64,000 nucleotides of DNA from Anaerolineae bacterium. GTDB taxonomy: Bacteria > Chloroflexota > Anaerolineae > B4-G1 > DUEL01. How positions within the stretch are numbered: position 1 is the stretch's first letter; every line of letters begins with the position of its first letter. A program made the position numbers and the translations under genes. The stretch spans positions 1 through 64,000 of the forward strand of contig JBDOIF010000006.1 in the NCBI GenBank assembly GCA_041082215.1, given 5' to 3'. A model generated the notes under the pieces. That model was not told the DNA's origin, made no database searches, and worked only from the letters and a program-made list of their open reading frames with translations. Shown in pieces: positions 48,139-58,482 of this stretch.

Positions 48139-49683
48139 ATGCTCAGACGGTACCGTGCGTTCACCATCTCGATCGTCCTCGGCCTTGCCCTGATCGGGCT
48201 GGCCTACGCCTGGCTGGGCGCGACGAAGGCCGCCTCGACCCTCCTTTCCGGCCTCACCCTCGGAGCCCTCTACTTTCTCCTCGCAGCCGGCCTCTCGCTG
48301 ATCTTCGGGCTGATGGATGTGCTGAACTTCGCCCATGGGACCCTTTTTATGATCGGCGCCTATATGGGCTACAGCGCGTTCGGCAACCCCCGCCTCCTGC
48401 TGAACACGCTGCCGCTTTTCCTGATGTTCCTCGCCGGGGCAACGGTGGGGACGGAGGCGGGGCGACCGGTGCGTGCCTGGGGGCAGGCCGCCCGGCGGCG
48501 GCTTTCTACCGCAGCGTCCGGCAACGACGCTCGCCAGACGCTGAAGGCCACCCTGGCTCGCTTACCTTTTCCTTACCTCTTTGCCCTGCTGTCCATCGGC
48601 GTGGCCCTCTGGGGGCTATGGGGCTTTCCGCTGAACCGGCTCGTTGCCTTTGAAGCCACCGCCACCGGTGGGGCGATCCCAACAGCGGAGGCCCAGGATC
48701 CGCTCCCTGTGATGGGCGCCCGCCTGGCCCAGATGGCGCTGGCCGGGCTGCTGCTGGGGCTGGCCGTGGTCCGGGAAGGGACGCAACGCAGGGCAGGGAC
48801 TGGAGCAGCACTGGCAGTGGTTGTCGCTCTCATCGGTGCCCTGACCCTGGTGGCGCGAGACCCGCTGGAGGGGTTCCTGCTGGCCCTCCCGGTGGACCTG
48901 CGCTTCCTGCTGGCGTTGATCGTCGGGGCGGCAACCGGCGCACTGTTGGGGGCCCTGATCGAGCGAACGCTCATCCGCCCCTTCTACGGGAACCCGATCA
49001 CCCAGATTGTGCTCACCCTGGGGCTGATGTTTATGGGAACGGAGCTGGTCAGGGCAGTGTGGGGCCGGGAAGGGCATCCCCCGATGACGGTGCCCAGCCC
49101 CTTCGCCCAGAGCTGCCGCTCGGAGAACCTCCTTGCCTGGCTGACCCAACAGTGCTCCTCGATCAGCGTGCTCGGCCGGGCCTTCCCCACCTATCGGCTG
49201 TTTATCATCCTCTTCGGGCTACTGATCCTCACAGGAATCGGCCTGCTCCTCCGCTACTCCCGCCTGGGGATGATCATCCGCGCTGGCGTACAGGACAGGG
49301 AGATGGTCGAGGCACTGGGCATCAACGTCCGCCGGGTCTTCACCTGGGTCTTCGCGCTGGGGTCGGCGCTGGCGGGGATCGGGGGGGTGATCGCCGCCCC
49401 CTTCGTCGGCGTCTACCCCGAGATGGGCAGCATCTTCCAGTTGCAGGCCTTCATCGCCGTAGTCATCGGGGGGATGGGGAGCTATCCCGGCACCGCCGTC
49501 GGCGCATTCCTGCTGGGATTGGCCCGCGCCCTTGGCGACACCATCGTCACCAGCGGCATTTCCCTGCCCTGGCTGGAGGAGGCGCTGAAGGCCTCGCCGG
49601 CTGTCGCCCGGGCCTCCACCGTGCTCATCATGGCCATCGTCCTGCTGGTCCGGCCGGCAGGGATCTTCGGGCGAAAGGAGTAG
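48139..49683 (+). CDS. ABC permease, LivH-like, with a large insertion
   Basis: GLSLIFGLMDVLNFAHG, RLGMIIRAG, VVIGGMGS, RPAGIFG. Confidence 0.9.
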   Translation: MLRRYRAFTISIVLGLALIGLAYAWLGATKAASTLLSGLTLGALYFLLAAGLSLIFGLMDVLNFAHGTLFMIGAYMGYSAFGNPRLLLNTLPLFLMFLAGATVGTEAGRPVRAWGQAARRRLSTAASGNDARQTLKATLARLPFPYLFALLSIGVALWGLWGFPLNRLVAFEATATGGAIPTAEAQDPLPVMGARLAQMALAGLLLGLAVVREGTQRRAGTGAALAVVVALIGALTLVARDPLEGFLLALPVDLRFLLALIVGAATGALLGALIERTLIRPFYGNPITQIVLTLGLMFMGTELVRAVWGREGHPPMTVPSPFAQSCRSENLLAWLTQQCSSISVLGRAFPTYRLFIILFGLLILTGIGLLLRYSRLGMIIRAGVQDREMVEALGINVRRVFTWVFALGSALAGIGGVIAAPFVGVYPEMGSIFQLQAFIAVVIGGMGSYPGTAVGAFLLGLARALGDTIVTSGISLPWLEEALKASPAVARASTVLIMAIVLLVRPAGIFGRKE

Positions 49684-49688
49684 CCCTT

Positions 49689-50771
49689 ATGGAGAAGACC
49701 GGACTCCCCCTCTGGTTCCGCCGCCAATGGCCCGGCCTGGTTGTTCTGACCCTCCTGATCCTGTTCCCCTTCCTCGCCGGGCTGGCGATGGGCGACCCGG
49801 CCGCCGTACCGCCGGAGCTGCAGGGGCTGGGGCGGGTGCTGGCGCTGGCAGAAACGGGAAGGGCCAAGTTCTGGCAGGGGATGATCATCCAGATGTTGAT
49901 CCTCGCGGTCTTCGCAGCAAGCTACGACCTCCTGCTGGGATACACCGGCATCATCTCCTTCGGCCACGCGATGTTCTACGGGATGGGAGGGTACGTCGTG
50001 GGCATCCTCCTGAAGCATCTGGGGTGGCCTCTCTGGGCGGCGGTGGTGGCTGTGGTGCTGGTCGCCCTTATCCAGAGCCTGACCATCGGCGTGCTCTCGC
50101 TTCGGGTCAGGGGGGTCTACCTGGCGATGGTCACCCTCGCCTTCGCCGAGTTCTTCTACATCCTCGCCGAAGCGACCGATTTCCGGCAGTACACCGGGGC
50201 GGACGACGGCCTGCACGGCATCTATGTCCCGCCCGCCATCAGCCCCACCGACCACCGGACCCGGTTCTACTTCCTCACGCTGGGCTTCTTCGTGCTGATG
50301 TTCCTGGCTGCGCGACGGCTGGTGGACTCCCCCACCGGGCGGGTGCTGGTAGCCATCCGCGAGAACGAACAGCGGGCAGCCACGCTGGGGTACAACACCT
50401 TCACCTACAAGCTGATCGTCCTGGTGGCGTCGGGGCTCCTCGCCTCGCTGGCCGGTTGTCTGAACGCTGCCTTCAATCTGGGCGTGACCCCCTCCGTGCT
50501 GGGCGTGGGAACGACGATAGACGTGCTGGCGATGACCATCGTCGGGGGAGCTGGCACATTAAGCGGCCCCATGCTGGGGGCCGCTATTGTCCATCTTCTG
50601 GGCTACTGGCTGAACCGCATCTTCGGGCCTTCATGGGCCCTGATGTTCGGTGTGGCCTTTGTGCTCATCGTCGTTTTCCTGCCCTACGGGATCGTGGGCA
50701 CGGTCCGGGCCCGTTCCTTCCAGTGGAGGGCGGGCTGGCAGCGCTGGCTGCGGATGTTGGGGCGGAGATAG
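49689..50771 (+). CDS. ABC permease, LivM-like
   Basis: DLLLGYTGIISFGHAMFYG, GVYLAMVTLAF, SPTGRVLVAIRENE, IVGGAGT. Confidence 0.9.
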   Translation: MEKTGLPLWFRRQWPGLVVLTLLILFPFLAGLAMGDPAAVPPELQGLGRVLALAETGRAKFWQGMIIQMLILAVFAASYDLLLGYTGIISFGHAMFYGMGGYVVGILLKHLGWPLWAAVVAVVLVALIQSLTIGVLSLRVRGVYLAMVTLAFAEFFYILAEATDFRQYTGADDGLHGIYVPPAISPTDHRTRFYFLTLGFFVLMFLAARRLVDSPTGRVLVAIRENEQRAATLGYNTFTYKLIVLVASGLLASLAGCLNAAFNLGVTPSVLGVGTTIDVLAMTIVGGAGTLSGPMLGAAIVHLLGYWLNRIFGPSWALMFGVAFVLIVVFLPYGIVGTVRARSFQWRAGWQRWLRMLGRR

Positions 50772-50784
50772 AAGGGTAAAGTGG

Positions 50785-51954
50785 CTACACCCGGCGCGTC
50801 ACCGTTACCTGGGTGTAGATCTCCCGCTCCTCCAGCTCCTCAAAGAACGGCTCCGGCTCGATCACCTGCTCGGGGGGATAGACGCCGGGCGGAACACGGC
50901 CCTGGGCCAGCCAGATCGCTGTGCGGGCCGGAGCCACCCCTGTCGGCAGCGCCCCCTTGCAGGTCAACGTCCCCAGCCGGTAGGTCACCTCCTCCCCATC
51001 CTTCGTCCCCCGCACCTCGGTGACGATCTCCTTGGTCCAATCCGGCGGGCGGTTCCTGGGCGGGGCCAGGAACTCGGTGATGGGCGGCACATACTTTTCC
51101 ATCAGCGCCACCAGCAGATCGCGCGGTATCACCCGCTGCCCCTTCACCTCCACCGGTTCCCGCCCTGCGAAACCGAAGTCGGCCAGCACGCGGATCTTCT
51201 CCACCGTCTCCTTCGCCATTCCCCAGTAGTCAATCTTGAAGAAACACTCCTTCACCCCTTTGTCGGCGAAAGAAAGCGGCAGGGTGGCCACCTCGGAGTG
51301 GAGGGAAAGGTGCATGGGCAGAAGGCCGATAGGCGGGGTGAACCAGTAGTCCTCGAACTCGCTCAGCGGCTCGCAGGCGATGAACTCCCCGCCCCGATAG
51401 ACCATCGGGGAGAGGGTCAGTTCGTCAATGATGGTCGGGACGGCGTAGGTGAAGCGGACGTCGTCGGGGGGCGGCGGCTTGATGCCGTCGTAGATGCGGA
51501 TATATTCGATGGTGTCCAGCCGGTCGGCAGCGTAGCGGGCCTGGACGTTGGGGACGCCGGGAGCGGAGCCCATCCCCAGCACTGCGCTCACCCCTGCCTC
51601 GGCGAACCGCCCGTGCAGTTCGAGCTGTTTGCGGGTGGTATGGAACAGGCCGCCCATATCCACGTAGGGGACCCGGGCCTCCAGGCAGGCCTCCATCACC
51701 TGAAGGTTGAAGTAATAGACGGTGGCATTGAGGCAGGCGTCGGCTCCCCGAAGCAGGGCTACCAGCCCCTCGTGGTCGGTCACATCCACCGACCGGATAG
51801 AGACCTTGGGGCTGCCGATGGCCTCCGCCACCACCCTCGCCTGGTCCACCTCCCGGTCGGCGATGACCACCTCATCCACCCGCGTGTCCCCCGCCAGGTC
51901 CTGCACCGCGATGCAACCCATCTTCCCCGCGCCGCCAAGTACAACAATCCTCAT
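50785..51954 (-). CDS. Saccharopine dehydrogenase-like oxidoreductase 1
   Basis: VLGGAGKMG, YVDMGG, LGMGSAPGVPN, HSEVATLP, GVYPPE. Confidence 0.85.
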   Translation of the reverse strand: MRIVVLGGAGKMGCIAVQDLAGDTRVDEVVIADREVDQARVVAEAIGSPKVSIRSVDVTDHEGLVALLRGADACLNATVYYFNLQVMEACLEARVPYVDMGGLFHTTRKQLELHGRFAEAGVSAVLGMGSAPGVPNVQARYAADRLDTIEYIRIYDGIKPPPPDDVRFTYAVPTIIDELTLSPMVYRGGEFIACEPLSEFEDYWFTPPIGLLPMHLSLHSEVATLPLSFADKGVKECFFKIDYWGMAKETVEKIRVLADFGFAGREPVEVKGQRVIPRDLLVALMEKYVPPITEFLAPPRNRPPDWTKEIVTEVRGTKDGEEVTYRLGTLTCKGALPTGVAPARTAIWLAQGRVPPGVYPPEQVIEPEPFFEELEEREIYTQVTVTRRV

Positions 51955-51985
51955 TAGCACTCCTCCTTTGCTACCAGCAACCAGC

Positions 51986-53869
51986 CTACAACTTCAGCTC
52001 ATCCGCCAGCCACCCCAGCGCCAGTTCCTCCAGCCTGGCCCGCGTGGGCCTGCCGTTCTCGTCCCAGCCCGCCATCCGGTAGTAGAGGGCTTTGGCCGCC
52101 TCGACCTCCCCGGCGGTGACGGCGACGCCGTCGCTCTTGCCGCCCTTGAGGGGGATAAGGAGTTTGGGTGGGACAGTATCCGCCTCCGCGCCGACCCCCT
52201 CCCGGGCATTGAAGGCACGCAGGAGGTTCAGCCGCCGCTCGCCCACCTTCATTAACTCCCACAGGCTCACATTCCATCCCGTGACCGCCCGCACCGCCTC
52301 GACCAGATGGCCGGGGCCGTAGAGATGCCAGGCCGGGCCAAAAACGAACTGACAGACGCACAGGGTATCCAGCGCGCTGTAGAGGCACTGGGTGTAGAAG
52401 GCGTAGCGCACCTTCTCAGCGTTCAGCACCCGCGACGGCTGCGGGTCCAGAAGGTCCAGCTCCGCCATCCGTTCCGGGTATTCCTTGTAGGAGGGATCGT
52501 GCTCGTGCGACTGGTGGTCGGCGCCGAAGGGGTTGACGGCGTAGATGAGGGCCAGGCTCCGTTTGACCTGGGGCATATGGGCGGGCAGCTCGTGGTTCTT
52601 CACCGCCACCACCAGCTCCTTCCCCACCCCCAGGGCCTCCGCGGCGCGGGCAGAGCCCTCCCCCAGCACTCTGCCGAACCCCTCCCGCCTGCCGATCAGC
52701 TCCACCATCCGGACCAGCGCCTCGGCGTTGCCAAAGCGAAGCTCGATTCCGCCGGTATCCGCCCCGGTGATCAGCCCCCGCTCGAAGCAGTCCATCGCCC
52801 AGGCGATGGTCGCCCCGCAGGAGATGGTGTCCATCCCATACATATTGCACAACTGGTTGGCACGGGCCACCGCTGCCAGGTCGGAGACGCCGCAGTAGGA
52901 GCCCATCGTGCTGATCGTCTCGTACTCCGGGCCGCCGTAGCGGGGGTCTACCGGGAACGGCCCTTCGGTCACCTCCACCACGCGCTTGCAACGGACCACA
53001 CAGGCGTAGCAGGTGTCCCGTTCCTTGAGGATGGTCTGGGCCATCCGCTCCCCGCTGATGGCGTCCGCCTCCTCGAAGAAGCCGCTGGACCAGTTGCGGG
53101 TAGGGAGTCCGCCCCCCTTGTTCTGGAAGGGGACGATCTCCGCCGTACCGTACAGGCCCATCCCGTAGATGTCCGACTCCTCAAAGTGCTCTGCACCCCA
53201 GCGGGCGATGGCTTTCACCCCTTCCGGGTCGGCCACCTCAGGCCGGTTGTGGCCGCGGACGGCGACCGCTTTGAGGTTCTTGGAGGCCATCACCGTCCCC
53301 ATGCCGGTGCGCCCGTTAGCCCGGTTGGCGTTGTTGATGAGGGCGCCGAAGCGGACCCCCTTCTCGGCTGCCGGGCCGCACTGGAGGACCTGGATGCGCC
53401 CGTCGCCCAGCTCTTCCCGGATGGCATCCTCCACGTCGGCGGTGAAGCGGCCCCAGAGGTGGGAGGCGTCCCGCAGCTCCGCTTCACCGTCGTGCACCCA
53501 GAGGTAGAGCGGGCGGTCGGCCCTGCCGTGGATGACAATGCCGTCGAAACCGGCCACTTTCAGCTCGGCGGGCCAGAAGCCGCCGGCCTGGGAGTCGCCC
53601 ACCAGCCCGGTGGAGGGGGATTTGGCTGTGGCGCAGACACGGGACTGGCCGGGGAAGGGCGCGCCAGTCACCCCACCGACCATCAGGCTGAGGGTGTTTT
53701 CCGGCCCCAGCGGATCGGCTCCGGGGGGAGTACGCTTGAGGAGGTAGTAGGCCCCCATCGCACTCCCGCCCATATACCTGCGGTAGAAGGTCTCTTCAGG
53801 CTCCTCAACTTCGATCCTGCCAGCGGTCAGGTCCACATGCAGGATTTTGCCACAGTAGCCGTAAGCCAT
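51986..53869 (-). CDS. Aldehyde:ferredoxin oxidoreductase (W/Mo-pterin AOR family)
   Basis: GKILHVDLT, AKSPSTG, GRTGMG.VMASKNLKA, CYACVVRC, GPEYET, GMDTIS, YYRMAGWD. Confidence 0.93.
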   Translation of the reverse strand: MAYGYCGKILHVDLTAGRIEVEEPEETFYRRYMGGSAMGAYYLLKRTPPGADPLGPENTLSLMVGGVTGAPFPGQSRVCATAKSPSTGLVGDSQAGGFWPAELKVAGFDGIVIHGRADRPLYLWVHDGEAELRDASHLWGRFTADVEDAIREELGDGRIQVLQCGPAAEKGVRFGALINNANRANGRTGMGTVMASKNLKAVAVRGHNRPEVADPEGVKAIARWGAEHFEESDIYGMGLYGTAEIVPFQNKGGGLPTRNWSSGFFEEADAISGERMAQTILKERDTCYACVVRCKRVVEVTEGPFPVDPRYGGPEYETISTMGSYCGVSDLAAVARANQLCNMYGMDTISCGATIAWAMDCFERGLITGADTGGIELRFGNAEALVRMVELIGRREGFGRVLGEGSARAAEALGVGKELVVAVKNHELPAHMPQVKRSLALIYAVNPFGADHQSHEHDPSYKEYPERMAELDLLDPQPSRVLNAEKVRYAFYTQCLYSALDTLCVCQFVFGPAWHLYGPGHLVEAVRAVTGWNVSLWELMKVGERRLNLLRAFNAREGVGAEADTVPPKLLIPLKGGKSDGVAVTAGEVEAAKALYYRMAGWDENGRPTRARLEELALGWLADELKL

Positions 53870-53907
53870 TATTGCCTCCTTAAACACGGATGGGCAGGAT
53901 TTACGGA

Positions 53908-55224
53908 TTACGCGCTGCGTATAGCGTGTTTCACCGCCTCCTCGAACACCGTCAGCGTCTCGTCAATCACCTCATCGGTGTGGCTGTAGCAGAGGAACCA
54001 CGGCTCCCGGCCGTCGGAGTCGGGCATCACGCCGCGCTCGATGAGGGCCATTGCCAGCCGTTCGTAGAGGGCGTCATCGCCCTGGCAGTAGTCCCGGAAG
54101 TCGGTCGGCTCCTCATCGGTGCCGAGGATGAAGCTGAAGATGGGCGGCAGTCCGGTCATCCGATGGGGGATACCGGCGCGGGTGAGAATCTCGTCTATGC
54201 CGTCCATCAGCCTTTGACCCCGACGGAAGATGGTCTCAATGACCGGCTCACGCTCCAGGATCTCCAGTGTAGCGACGGCGGCGGCTGTGCCGACGACATT
54301 GCCGATATAGGTTCCGGCGTGAGCCACTGCCCCCGGCTCGATGGTCCTCATCACCTCCTCCCTGCCCCCGATGGCGGCGATGGGAAAGCCGTTGCCCATC
54401 GCCTTGGCGTAGGTCGCCAGATCGGCCCGCACGCCGAAGTACTCCTGCGCCCCGCCGTTGGCGATGCGGAAGCCGGTCTTCACCTCGTCGAAGACCAGGA
54501 CAATGCCGTATCGGTCGCATAGCTGGCGGATCTTTTCCAGCCAGCCGGGTTTGGGAAGGATCCCTGCGGCGTTGCCCAGGAGCGGCTCGACGAAGATCGC
54601 CGCCAGCTCATGCCAGCGGGCCTCTACCGTCTCCTCCAGTCGCTCGAAGTCGTTGAAAGGGAGGTTGATGACGTAGCGACGGATCCCCTCCGGAATGCCG
54701 GAGCTGGTCTGAGCGTTGATGGGGTTACGGCGGGAGCCGAGGGCCCCTCTGGGGGTGGAGGCGGTGGAGAAGAGGACGTAGTCATGCACCCCGTGGTACT
54801 GACCCTCGAACTTGATGAACCGCTCCCGGCCGGTGTAGGCGCGGGCGATCCGCAGCGCGTGCATCGTCACTTCCGTGCCGGTATTGCCCAACCGCACCTT
54901 GTCCACGCCGGTCATCCGCACGAATCGCTCCGCCACCTCGATCTCCAGCGGCGTGGTCCAGGCAAACAGGGTGCCTCCCCGGATCGCCTCTGCCACCCGC
55001 TCCACCACTGGCGGGTAGGCGTGGCCCAAGATGATGGGGCCAAAGGCCAGCCGGTAGTCAATGTATCGGTTGCCATCCGCATCCCAGATGTAAGCCCCTT
55101 CCCCCCGGACGATCACCAGTGTATCCTCATCCCCCCAGTAGCGGAAGTTAGAGTTGACGCCGTAGGGGATGACTGCCTTCGCCCTCTGAAACAGCGCATG
55201 GGTCTGGTCCAGCTTTCGTTTCAT
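53908..55224 (-). CDS. Class III aminotransferase (GSAM-like subgroup)
   Basis: GVNSNFRYWG, YIDYRLAFGPIILGH, KFEGQYHG, FDEVKTGFR, TYAKAMGNG. Confidence 0.88.
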   Translation of the reverse strand: MKRKLDQTHALFQRAKAVIPYGVNSNFRYWGDEDTLVIVRGEGAYIWDADGNRYIDYRLAFGPIILGHAYPPVVERVAEAIRGGTLFAWTTPLEIEVAERFVRMTGVDKVRLGNTGTEVTMHALRIARAYTGRERFIKFEGQYHGVHDYVLFSTASTPRGALGSRRNPINAQTSSGIPEGIRRYVINLPFNDFERLEETVEARWHELAAIFVEPLLGNAAGILPKPGWLEKIRQLCDRYGIVLVFDEVKTGFRIANGGAQEYFGVRADLATYAKAMGNGFPIAAIGGREEVMRTIEPGAVAHAGTYIGNVVGTAAAVATLEILEREPVIETIFRRGQRLMDGIDEILTRAGIPHRMTGLPPIFSFILGTDEEPTDFRDYCQGDDALYERLAMALIERGVMPDSDGREPWFLCYSHTDEVIDETLTVFEEAVKHAIRSA

Positions 55225-55284
55225 CACACCCCCCACAATCTGACGTATGACGTTTGACGCAGGATGCAGCAGGACGCAGGATGG

Positions 55285-55686
55285 CTATGGAAGCCGCTCG
55301 CGCCGCCTGTCGTTCTCGCGGGCCAGGCGCTCGAAAAGGCGGACCACCTCCCGGATAGGTATCCTGGCCGCCGCGTCCCGATAGAAACGAGCTGCCGTCT
55401 CCTCCAGCAGGCGGGCCTGCTGAAGCCGCGTCGGTTCGTCCACCCCGGCATTCAGCTCCACCTGGTAGTCCTCCGCGTCCAGCCCGGTGAGGGATTCCAG
55501 GATCATCTCGTTAACCAGCTCCCGTCGGGCCTGCTCCAGCCGCTGGAGCCGTTTCCGCGCGTCACGGGCCAGTTCGCCGAACCGTTCCGCCAGGCTGCCC
55601 TGCGCTCCTGCCTCGTAGAATGCCGCTGTCCGCTCCTCCAGCTCCAGTGCGAACTTCACCACCGCCCCGAACGTCCCAAGCTCCAT
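55285..55686 (-). CDS. Ferritin/rubrerythrin-like four-helix protein
   Basis: FALELEERTAAFY...LLEETAARFY...LFERLARE duplicated helix pairs; GGAGG RBS. Confidence 0.7.
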   Translation of the reverse strand: MELGTFGAVVKFALELEERTAAFYEAGAQGSLAERFGELARDARKRLQRLEQARRELVNEMILESLTGLDAEDYQVELNAGVDEPTRLQQARLLEETAARFYRDAAARIPIREVVRLFERLARENDRRRERLP

Positions 55687-55739
55687 GCTGACCTCCCCAT
55701 ACAGAATACGTAATACGTACTCCGTACTCCGTATTCCGT

Positions 55740-57191
55740 TTAGAACCACCTCGTGATCACCACTTTCCGGTCGGTAAAGAACTGGATCGCATCCCGGCCC
55801 TGGCCGTGGAGGTCGCCGAAGAACGACTCCTTCATCCCGCCGAAGGGGAAGGAGGCGATGGGGGCGGCAATGCCGATGTTGATGCCGAGATTGCCGCACC
55901 GCACCCGGTACTTGAACTCCCGCGCCCACCTGCCGCTGGAGGTGAACAGCGACGCCGCATTGCCGTAGGGAATGCCAGCGATGATCTCCAGCGCCTCGTC
56001 GAAGTCGGCCACACGGATGATCCCCAGCACCGGCCCGAAGATCTCCTCCCGGGCGATGACCATCTCCGGCCGCACCTTATCGAAGATGGTAGGGCCGACG
56101 AAGTAGCCGTTGGGGTAGCCCTCCACCCGGACGTTGCGCCCGTCCAGGATCAGCTCTGCCCCCTCCTCCAGCCCTTTCTCGATGTAGCCCAGGATACGGT
56201 CGAGGGCCCGCCTGGAGACCACCGGTCCCATCTGGACCCCCTCATCCAGCCCATATCCCACCTGAATCTGGGACGCGGCCGCCACCAGTTGCTCCTTCAA
56301 CGGCTCATAGACCTCTCCCACGGCCAGCACCAGCGCCCCGGCCAGGCACCGCTGCCCCGCCGTGCCAAAGGCGGAGGTGAGGATATTGGCCACCGTCCGA
56401 TCCAGCACCGCATCCGGCATCACCACCAGGCAGTTTTTCGCCCCCGCCTGACACTGGGCCCGCTTGCCGTGGGCGGCCGCCGTGCTGTAAATGTGCTTTG
56501 CCACAGGGGTGGAACCAACAAAAGAGACACCGGCCACACCGGGATGGGTCAACAACGCGTCCACTGTCTCCCGGGAGCCGTTGACCAGGTTGACCACCCC
56601 CGGCGGCAGGTCCGCCTCGTCCATCAGATCAAACAGCAGGCTCTGGCTGATGGGACAGACCTCGGAAGGCTTGACAATGTAGGTGTTGCCGCAGGCAATG
56701 GCATAGGGGAGAAACCAGAAGGGGACCATCGCCGGGAAGTTGAAGGGGGCAACGCAGCAGAAGACCCCGACCGGCTGAAGCACCGCCTCCTCATCAATCC
56801 CCTCGGCGATATCCTCGGCATTGTATCCCATCATCAGCGAGGGGACCGCCATCGCCACCTCCACATTCTCGATGGCCCGTCGCACCTCCCCCCGCGCCTC
56901 GTCCAGTATCTTGCCGTGCTCCTTCACGACGGTCCGGGCCAGCTCCTCGAAGCGTTCCTCCATCAGCCCCTTGAGGCGGAACATATAGCGGGCGCGGACC
57001 AGGGGGGGCGTCTCACGCCACTCTTCAAAGGCCGCCTTCGCCGCTGCCACCGCCTGGTCCACCTCCTCCGCTGTGGAAAGGGGCACCTGGGCGATCACCT
57101 CCCCCGTCGCCGGATTGTGCACATCCAGCAACTTTCCGGACGACTCCACCCACTCGCCGTCAATGTAATTCTTCAGAACGCCGTACTCCAT
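55740..57191 (-). CDS. mmsA: CoA-acylating (methyl)malonate-semialdehyde dehydrogenase
   Basis: APFNFPAMVP, VKPSE, SFVGST, GAKNC, AFGTAGQRC, EEIFGPV, PFGGMKESFFGDLH. Confidence 0.92.
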   Translation of the reverse strand: MEYGVLKNYIDGEWVESSGKLLDVHNPATGEVIAQVPLSTAEEVDQAVAAAKAAFEEWRETPPLVRARYMFRLKGLMEERFEELARTVVKEHGKILDEARGEVRRAIENVEVAMAVPSLMMGYNAEDIAEGIDEEAVLQPVGVFCCVAPFNFPAMVPFWFLPYAIACGNTYIVKPSEVCPISQSLLFDLMDEADLPPGVVNLVNGSRETVDALLTHPGVAGVSFVGSTPVAKHIYSTAAAHGKRAQCQAGAKNCLVVMPDAVLDRTVANILTSAFGTAGQRCLAGALVLAVGEVYEPLKEQLVAAASQIQVGYGLDEGVQMGPVVSRRALDRILGYIEKGLEEGAELILDGRNVRVEGYPNGYFVGPTIFDKVRPEMVIAREEIFGPVLGIIRVADFDEALEIIAGIPYGNAASLFTSSGRWAREFKYRVRCGNLGINIGIAAPIASFPFGGMKESFFGDLHGQGRDAIQFFTDRKVVITRWF

Positions 57192-57250
57192 CGCATTCCC
57201 TCCTGAGATATGTGCTTACGGAATACGCAATACGCAACCCGTGTTCCACA

Positions 57251-58411
57251 TCAGGCCAGCTCCCCCACCTCCACGATCTCCTCCTCCACCCCGATCCCCC
57301 GCCGCGCCAGCTCGGCGAAGAACCGGTCGGTGGGGAAGGCCTGCTCCGGCGGAAGGACCCCCCTGCCGGTGGTCTCGCCGTGGGCGATGAGCTGGGCGCC
57401 GATGGAGAGAGGGATGCCCACATTCTTGAAATAGGCCGACTCGCCGCCCCATTCCTCCTGCGGCGGATGATGGCTCCGATAGGTGCATTTGACCCGTCGC
57501 CCGGCCCGTTCCCCCGTCACCTCCACCACCAGCCCGTAGGCCCAGACCGGGTTCTCTTTTGAGAACGGGGCATCGGCCAGAAGCGCCCGCATCGCCTCGA
57601 TGGCTGGCATCTCCACCCCGCCGACCCGCACAGAGCGGCTGGAGAGCAGCCCGGCCCGCATCAGCGCCCCCATCAACTCCATCACGTGGGGTGGGAAACA
57701 GCCCCGTACCGCCGCCCGCCGCAGGGTGGGAAAGGAGCGAGGGAGCGAATATGCCTCGTCGTGGGGCACATAGTAGACCTTCTGCTCGCCGATCTGGTCG
57801 TGAAAACGGACCACCCGCTCGCCGGAAAGGGGCGGGGTGGGATGCCATATCCCGTCCTCAAAGTAGACCTCCGCCCGCTCCTCCTCCTCCGGGTTGAATT
57901 CCCACAGCGTCGTCTGCAGGAGGCCGGGGGCCGGGGCCAGACAGCGGAAGGCGGCAAAGAAGATGTCCACCTCCTCCATCCGGTCCAGCACCTCCGAGGC
58001 CCGGCGGACCATCATATTGGTGATGCCGGGGGTCGCTCCGACGCCGGGGACGAAGAGCATATCCTTCCTCAGCGCCTCCTCGTGGAGGGCGAACTGCGGG
58101 TCTTCACTGGAGAGGTCCAGCCCGTCCACCCCCACCTCCACGCAGGCCCTGTTGACGACGTAATCATACTTAAAGGGAAGGCCGTTGACCACCACATCGT
58201 ACTCCGGGAAGATGCGGAGCATCCCCTCGTAGTCGTCCGCGTCGAACGGCATCGCCCTCAGGCGCGGGTCGCCGATCCCCCGGATCAATCTCTCTGCCGC
58301 CGCCACATTATAGTCGGCGACGACGATCTCCTCAAAGTCGCTGTATTCAGCCAGATCGCGGGTCGTCTCCTTACAGACCGCCCCTGCCCCTCCCAGAACC
58401 AGTGCGCGCAT
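57251..58411 (-). CDS. Saccharopine dehydrogenase-like oxidoreductase 2
   Basis: VLGGAGAV, PGVGATPGITN, PHDEAYSLP, GVLPPE. Confidence 0.85.
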   Translation of the reverse strand: MRALVLGGAGAVCKETTRDLAEYSDFEEIVVADYNVAAAERLIRGIGDPRLRAMPFDADDYEGMLRIFPEYDVVVNGLPFKYDYVVNRACVEVGVDGLDLSSEDPQFALHEEALRKDMLFVPGVGATPGITNMMVRRASEVLDRMEEVDIFFAAFRCLAPAPGLLQTTLWEFNPEEEERAEVYFEDGIWHPTPPLSGERVVRFHDQIGEQKVYYVPHDEAYSLPRSFPTLRRAAVRGCFPPHVMELMGALMRAGLLSSRSVRVGGVEMPAIEAMRALLADAPFSKENPVWAYGLVVEVTGERAGRRVKCTYRSHHPPQEEWGGESAYFKNVGIPLSIGAQLIAHGETTGRGVLPPEQAFPTDRFFAELARRGIGVEEEIVEVGELA

Positions 58412-58482
58412 ACCACTCCTCCTGACCCTTCACGGAATACGCAATACGCAGCACGCAAGATGCAAGATCAAGCTACAGGATG

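Noticed and set aside
53908..55224. Annotation as hemL (also for 61362..62666)
   Set aside because: GVNSNFRYWG instead of GVNSPVR, duplicated, and in an amine-catabolic context with no hem genes.
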